A stretch of 63,208 nucleotides of DNA, filler included, from Octopus bimaculoides (lineage: Eukaryota): assembly GCF_001194135.2 (NCBI RefSeq). It is 6 parts of 5 records of this genome, joined end to end, with 100 filler letters (N's around TTAATTAATTAA, not from the genome) between each part and the next. Parts side by side here need not be neighbours in the genome. Positions count along the whole stretch, not along the records: positions 31,818 to 40,538 come from NC_068982.1; positions 40,639 to 57,592 come from NC_068985.1; 4 more parts are not named here. One strand, 5' to 3'. Below are positions 40,481 to 52,570 of the stretch, piece after piece (position 1 is the stretch's first letter; each line of letters opens with the position of its first letter). The position numbers and the translations under genes were made by a program. The notes under the pieces were generated by a model. It saw nothing but the letters and a program-made list of their open reading frames with translations. It had not been told where the DNA came from and made no database searches.

Positions 40481-40861
40481 TTTGACATTCAGACAGTTCC
40501 AAGGCTTCTTTTGTACATTGTATTATTAAAAAGTCGAANNNNNNNNNNNNNNNNNNNNNNNNNNNNNNNNNNNNNNNNNNNNTTAATTAATTAANNNNNN
40601 NNNNNNNNNNNNNNNNNNNNNNNNNNNNNNNNNNNNNNGGGAGAAAGAATTATGTACCGGTCAGTTGGCTTTGTAAACAAAAACAAAACAAACAAAAATT
40701 GCCAGTGCTGCAAACAAGACGGGGTTCTCCCCCTTACATTGGCTCCGGCTGTGGTGATATTCGACGGAGCTGTGGCGGATCAGGGCAACAAACTGGGGAA
40801 TTCCGAGTCCGAAGTAGGAAACGTCTTAGATGAATAATTGGATTATAGATATGTGTACACA

Positions 40862-40919
<58 letters not shown>

Positions 40920-41509
40920 TGCATACGCATGAACGCACTGTGTGTGTGTGAGAGAGAGATAAAGAAAGAAAGAAAGAAAGAAGGAAAGAAAGAAAGGAAG
41001 AAAGAAAGGAAGAAAGAACGAAGCGTTTGTGTGTCAGATAAATATCGATTCTTTTGATAGCAATCACAATTAGTGAATGGTTCTTGACTAAATATTCACA
41101 CATATACTGGGAAAGGAGACTGTGGAATATGATTTCAGAAATTCATTGTAAAGTTCCTTTTTTTTTTCTTTTATGTTGCTATTTGTGTATGTTGTCTCAA
41201 ATTCTAATTATTACATCATATCTGATTGGATTGTCGATCCGTTTTTATTTCGACTCGGACCGTAGAGGGGCCACAATCTACTTTGTCCCGCTTGCAACAG
41301 CGAAGTCCCAAAGAAAGCTATAACCGATGTAAGGGACATAACTTCAGATGTCATTTTTTTTTCTTGTGTCTTAACAGTTGCGTAAATAAGAAGGAAAAGA
41401 TAATTGAGACTTGCCTTTGTCAGTGACTTTTCAAAGCCTTTGCATCCAAGCCTGCATCGTGAATAACAGACATATCTTTTAATTGAATACTTTCAATATT
41501 AATACTATA

Positions 41510-41935
41510 TTAAGGCGGCGAGCTGTCAGAATCATTAGCACGCTGGACGAAAAGCTTAGCGGTATTTCGCCTGTCGCTACGCTCTGAGTTCAAATTCCGC
41601 CGAGGTCGATAAAATAAGTACCATTTGAACCCTGGCGTCGATGTAATCGACTCATCTCCCACCCCGCCCAGGCTGCCCTTGTGGCAAAACATTTGAAATA
41701 ATATTAATAATATATTGGTGAGAAAGGCGGTGAAATGGCAAAATTGTTAACACGCCGTGTAAAATGCATTTCGTCTGTCTTTACGTTCTGAGTTTAAATT
41801 CCGTCGAGGCCGACTTTGTCTTTCATCCTTTAGGGGTCGATAAAATAAGCACCAGTTTAGCACTGGGGGTCGATGCAATCGACTTGACCTCTCCCCCACC
41901 ACGAAATTGCTGGCCTTGTGCCAAAATTTGAAACC
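41510..41935 (+). mobile_element. Two tandem family 'B' SINEs
   Basis: AAGGCGGCGAGCTGTCAGAATCATTAGC (41512) and AAGGCGGTGAAATGGCAAAATTGTTAAC (41724) heads, each followed by the family body. Confidence 0.85.
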
Positions 41936-42239
41936 AATATTGTCTTGGTACGATTTCATTAAAATCCTAGATAAAAATTTATGACAAATAAAACTTTCAA
42001 AATAATTGAATATAGATGTTTTATTATTTTCCGAGTGAAAAGTTCCTATTTTACATCTCCTTATGTTTCGAGTTCAAATCCTGCCATTATTTGTTTTTCC
42101 TTTCATCTTTTCTAGGATCGATAAAATAAAATACCAATCATGTATAAGGGTCTATGTAATTGAATGTTCCTTTCTCCCCACCAAAATGTTAAAAAGTCTG
42201 GTCAAGACCTTTGACAAGGTTGATCACAGCAACAATACA

Positions 42240-42490
42240 CTCTTCTCTCGGGTGAAATGTTCATGGCATCAAACACCGTCTGGGACCTCAAAGTAACTGT
42301 TGGCTACAGCTTAAGCTGGAATGCCAACATAAACCCCAAAGCGGACATAGCCCGCAGGGCGTGTTCCTGAGTTCCCAGGACTTGCTGGTCTGGAGAAACT
42401 CCTACCGTTATCCTTCTCGTCTCCATCTTCGCCTTCGCCCGTCCACACCTTGAATACTCCTTGTCTCCTGAGGCTTCCCTACCTGAAACA
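42240..42490 (+). mobile_element. CR1-clade LINE internal fragment
   Basis: Reads DLKVTVGYSLSWNANI...RRACS*VPRTC...FARPHLEYS, matching CR1 RDLGV.V...LSW..HI...VRP.LEY. Confidence 0.7.
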
Positions 42491-44447
42491 GAATATTGTA
42501 AAAAAATTGAAGCACCCTAGAGATAAATCGCAAACAATTAAATAAATAAATAGGTGACATGACAGGTCTTGATTTCTGGGGCCGGCTCGGGAAGCTCAAA
42601 CTTTATTCTTTCCAACGCCACCGTGAGTGTTATATCATTTACATGATGGAGAAAATATTTCATTAACATTGCCCGAATAATGTTGGCATCAGCTTTAAAA
42701 TTTACCCAATGCTGTTACCGGGAGAATGAAGGGCACTCCCTTTTTATATTATAGTTCACCGATATCTACTTAAGGGGCGAAGGACTTACCCCAAATTGTT
42801 TGAAGTTTATGGCGCATCATCTCTTTGTACAGTTCAGAGTAGGAAACTAAATCATTATAAACTCCTCTTTTAATTCTTATGTTACATTCACGCTTAGAGC
42901 TGACATCAACTAAAACTTGCAGGCCTTCCCCTATAAGTGCCCACTTCTTAGTAATATTCTTTACAGGAAACGTAAATGTAGCTGTTGGAATTTCCGTGTT
43001 CTCATGTAGCTTTTTCTTTTTTATTAAACAGCATCAGCTCCTGGTAAAATAAAATTACTCTATGGGGCACCAGCAACTCATCCGCATCATCATTTATGAT
43101 TTCTCCAAACCCAAATGTCACAAAATCTTTCCGAATTTGATGTAGATTTTCTGCATGTGGAAAACTTGTAAAGACTCGGATACAGTCGGGCCGTGTATTT
43201 TTGCTATTCATGCACTCAAAAGCTAATTCATTTAAATCATCACATTAGAACGACGAAAAACAGGTGTAAGAATGGAGATAAGAATACGTAAAGGTGAAGG
43301 AACTCTATGATTGTAGTGAGTTGAATGATTACCAGATAACCTCTTGTACCCTTGACTCGAGCCATAAAACCTCCACTCGCTCCCCACCCCCCGCTGTGTT
43401 ATCATATAACATATGTGGCTACAGACATTGCTATCATGCTGATACTATTGAATGTTGTTAATTGGTTATTCCAAGGTCAGCTGATTAGTAGCAGTGGTGA
43501 TATTGGTTGTGTTCGTGTCACTGTTGTTGCTGATGACGGTGGTAATGGTAGGAGTATTTTTGGTGGCGACGGTAGTAATATCGTTCTTGTTAATTGCGTT
43601 GCGGCTATTTAGTTTCAAGTCAATCTTCATTGACAGAAGATCAAAGACATTTCACTCGACGTTTAAAACACCCTAGAGTACCACATAATCTCACGTAGGA
43701 GTGGGATTTATTGGGTGTGACGTCAAGTAAGTCACTGATAGATTGAAGGAAGAGAGTAGAGGAGGAAGCCGATCCTGAGGCACTCTGGGATTGATACATA
43801 AACACACGAAGCAATAGCATCTTATAGGAAGCTACATTTACCAGAGATAAGAGACGAGTATGAGTCATTAGCAATGAATTCCGAGAGGATATTTGCCTGC
43901 TGAGGATATGGATGTATCTGTTACAAACACTGAATAGCGGAGAATGAGTGAAGTTGAAAAAGTTCAAAGAATATTGTTGAACTCACGTAGATGTGACGAA
44001 GTTTCATCTAATAAAGTATAAAATAGGCCCAGATATGGCTACATGCTTAAGAAGTTTTAAGTTCGATCCCGCAGAGCGGCACCCAGGGCAAGTGTCTTTT
44101 ACTATAGTCCCGGGCCGACGAGTGCCATGTGAGTGAATTCGACAGATGAAAACTGTGTAGTAGGCCGTTGTGTGTGTGTGTGTGTGTGTTTGTTTCTACG
44201 ACGCTTCACAACCGGTGTTAGTTTGTTTGCGTGATTGTAAGTTAGAGATTCGGCCAAAATGACCGATAAAGTAAATATCAAATTCAAAATGAGTATTGAG
44301 GTCGATAGGTTCAACTGAACCCATCAATAGTAGCGCTCCAGTATGGCCACCGTCCACTAACTGAAACAAGAGAAGGAAAAAAAGTTCGATCAAAAGAACA
44401 GATGCCGGAAAATACTCATAAGCTTATGTTTTTATGTTTTTTCTCAA

Positions 44448-44910
44448 AAGGTGGCGAACTGGCGGAATCGTTAGCGCGCCGAACAAAATGCTCAGCTGCG
44501 TTTCGTCCATCTTTACCTTCTGAGTTCAAACTCCACCGAGGTCGACTTTGCTTTCTCATCATTTCGAGGTCGATAAATTGAACATTAACTGAGCACTGGG
44601 GTCGATGTAATCAACTTAGCCTCCAGGCCTTGTGCCAAAATTTGAGGCCAACAATTTTTTTTTTTCTTTTACAATCTAATTTTCTTTTAATAATATTCTT
44701 TTATACTCTAGACACAAGGCCCGAAATTTTGGAGGAGGGAGCCAGTCGATTAGATCGACCCCAATACGCAACTGGTACTTAATTTATCGACCCTGGAAGA
44801 TAAAAGATAAAGTCGACTTCGGCGGAATTTGAACTCAGAACGTAGTGGCAGACGAAGTACCGCTAAGCATTTCACCCAGCGCGGTAACGATTCTGCCAGC
44901 TCGCTGCCTT
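44448..44910. mobile_element. Tail-to-tail inverted pair of family 'B' SINEs
   Basis: + copy at 44448-44650 and - copy at 44705-44910, separated by about 55 nt of T-rich sequence. Confidence 0.85.
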
Positions 44911-45375
44911 TATCCTAGTGAATCATGATATACTGAAACTCATTACCCTTGATGAACCAAACGAACCCGATTTGAGATCTTTGCAAATCTAGGAAATACC
45001 AAATTTACAGGATCTACTTTGGTTAAGAAGTCGTTTCCGCTAATATTACTGCGTTGTTAGTACATTTAACTTATCATCTAAATTTTGACCTACTAATTTC
45101 AGTTTACTTTTTATCTGGCAATATTTATCTGTTCTTTACAAACCCACGCATACTATTGAAACTTTGTAATGTTCAGATCTCTCTGATAAAGAATTGATAA
45201 ATATGTATTGAGTAAAAAAGCATTAAACACAATTTGTTTTTCTGTCCGAGTTACCGGTTTTCGGGACTCGTCGATGCATTTATATTCAAATTAAAAGTTT
45301 TCGACATGTTCTCTTGGTTTTAAAAACGGTCTCTGCGTAGGATTCTGGCCTATTTTTGTCTGTACACACACACAC

Positions 45376-45413
<38 letters not shown>

Positions 45414-45420
45414 GCGCGCG

Positions 45421-45459
<39 letters not shown>

Positions 45460-45786
45460 ACGATGTTGATGATGATGATAATGGTGTGTGGGTGTGTGTG
45501 TTCCCATGTCTTGACATTACACTATAGTTGTAAACGAGCATTACTGTCATATAAGCAGTGTCATTCATTTCCAATCTTCTGTGAAAATATGTCCAGCAAT
45601 GGGGAAATATCATCCTGCTTGGGAAAATGTGAAGGTTAGCAACAAGATGGGCAACAGGCTGTAGAAAATCTGCCTGTGGTTTTCTCTGACCAATACAAGA
45701 ACTGGAAAAAATGGGTGTTAAAATGATGATGACAGTGGTGATGACGACGACGACGATGACAACGACGATGATGCTGCTGCTGCTAC

Positions 45787-45834
<48 letters not shown>

Positions 45835-45993
45835 GTTGGTAGTTATGTTGGTGGTTTACTTTTCTCTTGTCAATTAAATTATTAATTTCCGTTTTCAACA
45901 GTTTTATCAAGGAATGGTTTAACTGAAAATGTTAAGATTTAAACTTGTTCAGCGTCAAGAGTTTGTTTCAGTTCAAACGGGAAATAAAGCAGC

Positions 45994-46051
45994 TAATTAG
46001 ATGCTTAATTAGATGCTTAATTAGATGCTTAATTAGATGCTTAATTAGATG
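45994..46051. repeat. Perfect 12-bp minisatellite (TAATTAGATGCT) x4.8
   Basis: Direct count of units starting at 45994, 46006, 46018, 46030 and 46042. Confidence 0.95.
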
Positions 46052-46329
46052 GCCTACAACTTAACAAACCCAGTTTCTAACCACAATATCACAGCTGTTT
46101 ATTTTCATGACACCAATGGAACCAGACTCCAGTGTAGCAGGATTAGAACCCTATTGCACCGTATTCCTGGTATGGTGGGAAGAGCCTAAGTCTAATCTCT
46201 ACCAAATTCCCATTAAAGCAGTAATGATACGGAAAAAGAAGATAGAATATTAAAAACAGAAAACTGATCCACATTGCATCTTTGTAGTCTGAGTCCTCCA
46301 CACTTATTCTTTTATTCTTTTATTCTTTT

Positions 46330-46541
46330 ATTCTTTTATTCTTTTATTTGTTTCAGCCATTTGACTGTGGCAAAGCTGGAGCATCGCCTTTAATCAATGT
46401 AAGCCTAGTACTTTTTCTATCAGTTTCTCTTGCCGTATTGTTAAGTGACAGGGACGTAAACACACCAGCATCGGTTGTCAAGCGATGTTGGAGGGACAAA
46501 CAGACACACAAACATATACATACACACACACACACACACAC

Positions 46542-46585
<44 letters not shown>

Positions 46586-46745
46586 TACAAGCTTCTTTCA
46601 GTTTCCGTCTACCAAATCCACTCTCTAGGCTTTGGTTGGCCTGAGGCTATAGTAGAAGACACTTGCCCAAGGTGCCATGCAGTGGGACTGAACCCAGAAC
46701 CATGTGATTGGTAAGCAAGCTACTTACCACAAAGCCACTCCTGCA
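46330..46745 (-). mobile_element. tRNA-derived SINE, family 'A' (another - copy at 47985-48400, a + copy at 54085-54495)
   Basis: Aligns to 3075-3500 and 34783-35215. Confidence 0.9.
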
Positions 46746-47691
46746 CTTATTGTTTACTTTATTTTAATTTCTAAAAAATCTTTTTTTTAATGCAAATTTT
46801 TTGGCAGTGAAATAAACATGTAACAAACGCAGCTCTTAGTCTGGTAAGAAAGCAAGGCCCAGACTTTTTACATTTCAGGAAATTTTTGATGAGATGAAGT
46901 GTTCGCTCTGATGCGGACAATGAGAGCAAATCTGTTCGTGAATGTCCCTGCAGTTGTTACTCTTGAGCAGCATATGTGACTATATTTTTTTGTGTTCAGG
47001 AGCCTAGGTGGAAGGTGAAGTTAGACAGAGGGGCCCAAGTCTGAAGGGGGTCATTCATCTTTTCTTATCTTGCAATCTAATCCAGAGTCACAGGAATGGT
47101 AACTGGTTTGGTATAAAAAAAATATGGAAACCAAAGTTCTATAGAGAATTGTAAGTAATGAGGTCCATGCATTTCTCAAAGGAATGAACTAATTAAGAGA
47201 ATAAATCTAACTGAAACTGGAATTAATTAAGGATGCAGTAAGACTTGAAACTGAGCCACCAGATGAAGTTTAAATCAAGACATGGCACAACCTTGTTCAT
47301 GTGAGAGATCAAGTTATTGACCAATTAGTAACCAGACTTCATCTGATAGATCATCCTAGATCCTTCTGGAATGTCCCTGTACAAGGGTTGTATAAAGGCT
47401 TGTTTTTAGCACCAATTTTCAGTGTGTGACAACCCATGGTCCACACCACATCCTCCTGTGTCGTTACAATAATCATTATAATGACTCTTGCTCAACCTGG
47501 ATGTGTCAATATGGTTGGCTGATGTGAATCTAATGTGCACAGTTTCTCCTATTTCGGTAAGCTTCAGTTCAAAGCCTTTGTTACCAACTATTTATGGATG
47601 CTGCCAAATCATTCTTTCAATTGTGCTGACTTGTTGTGGAAGTTTTCTAATTCATCACCAACCTCACTATTACTTGTGCAGTGAAATATAA

Positions 47692-47884
47692 GTTATGATT
47701 AAATGCTTGCTTTGATGTGGTTGTATCATTCACAAGCAGCTTCACACGCATACCATCATAGCAACAGGAGTAACAATACAAAATCTGCAAGAAACAGCTC
47801 CCAAATCTGACTAAGATTTCAACCTTTTATCCAAAAGACATATAAAGGTGAGATGGCCACAGATGGAATGTCTTTGATAATAGA
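47692..47884. repeat. ~190-bp direct duplication, partner at 49433-49621
   Basis: GTTATGATTAAATGCTTGCTTTGATGTGG...GGAATGTCTTTGATAATAGA occurs twice, 1741 bp apart, differing by a few substitutions and one 4-bp indel. Confidence 0.95.
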
Positions 47885-48176
47885 TTGTCTTTGTTAGAAC
47901 CAACTTAATGCTAAAAGACAACAGCGACAACAAAGTTTTCTTTTTCTCTGAGAAAACCAGACATCCACTATATTATTTTACTCTTTTACTTTTTTCAGTC
48001 ATTTGACTGTGGCCATGCTGTAGCACTGCCTTTAGTCAATCCCAGCACTTATTCTTTGTAAGCCTAGTACTTATTGTATCAGTTTCTTTTGCTGAACCGC
48101 TAAGTTATGGGGACGTAAACACATCAACCTCAGTTGTCAAGCAATGGTAGGGGGGGGGACAAACACAGACACACAA

Positions 48177-48235
<59 letters not shown>

Positions 48236-50469
48236 CGATGGGCTTCTTTCAGTTTCCGTCTACCAAATCCACTCACAAAGCTTTGGTCGGCCCGAGGCTA
48301 TAGTAGAAGACACTTGCCCAAGATGCCACGCAGTGGTACTGAACCCGGAACCATGTGGTTGGTAAGCAAGCTACTTACCACACAGCTACTCCTGCACCTA
48401 TGGTAGCTCTACTCAAAAATAGCAGCTAAATCACTTTCATATTGTATGCTATCCAATTAAAAATTGAAGGAAACATTAGGGAGTGTAATTCTTGACAAAC
48501 TAAAGATAGAATGCTCAATGCTGAAACATCTTTGACCCTTTAGCATTTAATCTGACCAGACCCGGCCCCTATATTCAACCTGCTTTATGTTCAAACAGAC
48601 CAGATTCAACCTCTCACACATACCCTACAATGTCATTCTAAAAATATACAAACACACCATTGAAATTTTGAAGCTGTGAGATAATGGATGATTAATTCAA
48701 AACAATTCTGCCATAGATTTGCCATAGATCTGTCAAGTGAATAAATAAGCATTACATTTGACAGAGTAATCAGAATGCTGTAAAATCTTTAAACTTTAAT
48801 CTTTAATCTGAATGCTGGAACATTTTTAATCATAAATCCGTTCAGTCATGGCTAACCCAAGCTTAAACAACAATTGAGTTCTACCTGAAATTTATTAAAA
48901 TTTTTGAAAATAAAACAAAATTTATTTTTTCCCATCTATGAGTCAAATAGTTCAAAGTTAAACAAATTAATTATTTTCTTGTAAAATATTCTAAAAATAA
49001 GTTCCAAAATGCAAAATTGTCAAACTTTAGACTTTTAACTAACTTCACAGACATAACATTTCCTCCTATCTTATCTACAGTTTTCTTTTCTATTCACTTA
49101 TTCTTTTACCTTAATTATTTTTCTATCGAGTTTCATAGACAAGAGATAATAACTGGTGTTCTTTAGCCCCTGGTCAATGCTGATTAAGAAGATCTATGAT
49201 CAATGGCATTCCTACTGTGACCATCCTGTCCTATTTTACAGAAATAGAGCATCTTAAGATAACATATCTAAATCCTTCTTCTCTTTAAAATATTAGGGAC
49301 TTAATTTGAAGGCAATTCAGCAGATATTTCTTGAAGGTTGAATGACGATGTAGAGGCTCCTTTTTTTGTCTCAAAAACCAAAACAATTATTTTTATTGAG
49401 AAAAATGAATCATAACTTGGTTGTGATTAAATGTTATGATTAAATGCTTGCTTTGATGTGGTTATACCATTCACAAGCAGCTTCACATGCATACCATCAT
49501 AGCAACAGGGGTAACAATACAAAATCTGCAAGAAACAGCTCCCAAACCTAAGATTTCAACTTTTTATCCAAAAGACATATAAAGGTGAGATGGCCACAGA
49601 TGGAATGTCTTTGATAATAGACAATATTGATAGATGGTTGTAATCTATAACAGATTTGTTTGCAGTCTCTTACGCTCATTAGTCTATGGTAACGCTTAAC
49701 GAAATAGTTTTTGAAATTTGATGAAGGTCCCTGCCTAAATCATCATCATGTCTAACTGCTTCCTCACAGCAAAGAAAAAGGTTTGTCAGGTTACCTTATG
49801 GTCCCAGCAGACAAAAAGGAAAAGGTGCTGCCCTCGAGGATGGTAAAGGAGATGTGCTGGAGCAGCTGCTCTGACTCACACTCGTGGGTAGCCATCTCTG
49901 CCCTGATAGCAGTGAACAGGGATGTGGTCCAGGGGCTGAGAATGCTGGAAGTCTCCACTGCCACAGGATCAACCATAAACCTGTCAGAGAGTAGCCAATA
50001 CTTTCACAGTTTGCCCTTCTATGACAACTGTGTTCGTACAATCTTGAATAAAATACAAGGTGATCAAAAAATATCTCTGAGGTAAGTATTTAATGGTTTT
50101 CAGGTGATTCTTGTACACTGATCCTTTACTTGCTCCCCAGAAAAAAAAGGTCTGGCAGTGTTAAATCAGGTGATCTTGGTGGCCAAAGTCCCTTCGAAAT
50201 AATCCATTCACCAAAAAACTCTTGAAATTGCACCATGGGGATGCGCAGGATGAAAAATATTCACTGCGGAGAGACTTTTTGAACACCCTGTAGATGAATT
50301 CAGCTGGGTTTATAAAAATAGCAAAAGACGCTGATACCATCAAAGGAAGAAATAGTTTAAAAAAGACTTTGACATACAAGTTCCACAAAATTCTCAAACA
50401 TTTAGAATGAAATATTTTCAAGATTGAAGTTTTTTCTGACACTGTGCAAGGCAAATAGATTCTATCAAA

Positions 50470-51060
50470 TAGTTGGAAGGCTTTGACAAAGTGATTGATC
50501 GTTTTTGTTATCAAGGTAACCTAATTAGGGTGGATGACCTGAAAGCACAGCAGCCAGAATAAAACAGTTTGAAAAAACGTCGAAGAGCTTTTACCTCTGC
50601 AAGTAACAATGGCTTCTGTTTGAGAGTGAAGGGAAGATTGTACAGTGTGTGTGTACAAAATGCTATACCTCAGAGTAACAAGACATGGATTTTTGAAAAG
50701 TGAGGATTTGTAGAGAGACTTGAAAGAAACGAAGCAAGTGTGATTTATTAGTGTGAAGGGATGATGGAGTATTGAAGGGCATAAGAAGAATTAGAAGCAG
50801 AATGCAAGAGAGAAGACTGCACCATTATGGGTATTAGATAAATATGGAGGTTGAGAGATGACTTAAAATGTGCTGCATGCTGAAAGTGAATAAAATGTGT
50901 TGAAGAGGAAGACTAAGAAAAAAATGAGATGAAGTGATGAAGGTTAATCTCAAAATGTTGCATCTCTTGTGAGAGATGACAAAAAGTCTGGAAATATATG
51001 CTGCTGGGGAAGATCTTAGCAGAGAAAAAGACCTGACCACTCATTCACACATGGCAAGTC
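50470..51060 (+). mobile_element. Decayed RTE-clade LINE, 3' region
   Basis: Contains GATCGTTTTTGTTATCAAGGT (D.F.YLG equivalent), GAGAGTGAAGGGAAGATTGTAC (RVKGRLY) and a later SETW-like region, with many frameshifts. Confidence 0.65.
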
Positions 51061-51689
51061 AATATGTAACTCTGTGCTCATAAGGTTTAAAAATTTCATT
51101 TCTACTATTCAGGTAAATGCTTGGGTGTTGGATTCTGTTTAAAATCGATCTTTTTTCAGTCAGGTGCTTTCTTTCAAAGACCAAATGTGATTGGCCAAGT
51201 TTGTGACGTTACTTCTCTCCAGGATGCTGAAGGAGGACTTGTAGTTGTTATAGCGTTGTTCTAAAGAGACCTTCAGTTGCTCCTACGTAGTTTCACACGT
51301 TTGGCTACCCATTTGGTCCAATGGTTGTTACCTTTGCCTCGTATACGACAGCCTCCGTGTTACAGTGGCCGTTCAATAGACATGTTGTGTTACTCCCTAC
51401 ATGAGCATCCTGCCTCTGTCTCAGGTGTGGGCATACCTACTAAAATCTTTTTTACATTGGGTGCAAAACTAAAGGAAATTCTCAGGGAATGTCTATTGAA
51501 TATTCTGTTGAACTTATTTGTACAAGGGAAGCGCTTGTCTACTACGCTAAGAAAAACCTTACCTAATCGGGTTTTAACATTTAGAGAGAAGGGCAGTGTA
51601 AATCACAACACTTTCTAGTGGCGCTTTCTCTTGGAGGGGGTCAGGGTTTGGCATGTAACTAATCCTATCCTTGAAATTGCTGGCGGCCA

Positions 51690-51905
51690 GAGCCTCATTA
51701 TGCGCCACCGAGTACAGCAGAAAGTGGAAGAGCCTAGAGAAATGTAAACCGCACTTTAATAGCAGCAGGAAGTGCAGGTTATGCCTGGCTGAGAAAAGAG
51801 TGATTTTCAAGAGCATCCCGACACCCAGGCATTTACCTGAATTGCAGAAGTGAAATTTTCAATCCTTGCCCACATGAAAGGAAATATATCCTATCATACC
51901 TGCGT
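51690..51905 (+). mobile_element. Penelope-like element, C-terminal end of the GIY-YIG domain
   Basis: KWKSLEKCKPHFNSSRKCRLCLAEKRVIF and, after a frameshift, LNCRSEIFNPCPHERKYIL match the PLE terminus W.IL....PY.....C.LCL.EK..I...LN.RSE....C.H. Confidence 0.8.
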
Positions 51906-52462
51906 GTCCCATCATGATTATAATCACCATTCCCCCAACTTCAGCTCTCCACCAATACCTGAGAGTCCGACAAAGAGTTTGACCAGAACATACACTAACG
52001 CACGCACAAACACACAAGCCCTAACACGGTGGACACCTACCCAATAGACTTTTTCTACCTCCTCAACATAAACTCCCACACATGTTGTACACTTACACGC
52101 ACCGCATGCACACACAAACACCCCGCTGATTTAACCAATTCATAAGAGAAAGAAAATACGTTAAAGAACACAGATGTGTATGCTCACGCACTCTGTAAAA
52201 GTTACGCACATAGTACCACTACACAAATTCCATTTCCACAGGAACACCAACCTTAAGGACACACACATTTCCCACAAACTTTTTCAGAAAACTCTTCCCG
52301 ACTTGCAACACAAACACCCCAGTGGCGATGTTTTGGTACCAAGAGACATAACTCTTAACTCAACCCCCTGCTCGTTTTGTTTCATCATCTTTTTTCACAG
52401 CAACCGCAAACCGAAAGTGTCTGTTCCCCTCCAACAATAGAGAGCAGTCACTCATATTTCAT

Positions 52463-52570
52463 TCCATGATGGATACCTCTGATGAGCGCAGGGTTACATA
52501 ACTGGATTGTAACTTAACACTTCGGTCGATCCCTAGCACAAAACTGATTGGTAAGATCGGCCATAATGGA
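52463..52570 (+). ncRNA. Type I hammerhead ribozyme (mutated copy) in the 3' region of a PLE
   Basis: CTGATGA at 52479-52485; stem II GCGCAGGG/CCCTAGCAC; AAAAC at 52540-52544 in place of GAAAC; stem III ACT/GGT; GTA cleavage triplet at 52551-52553; distal stem I TCCATGATGG (52463-72) with CCATAATGGA (52561-70). Confidence 0.7.
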
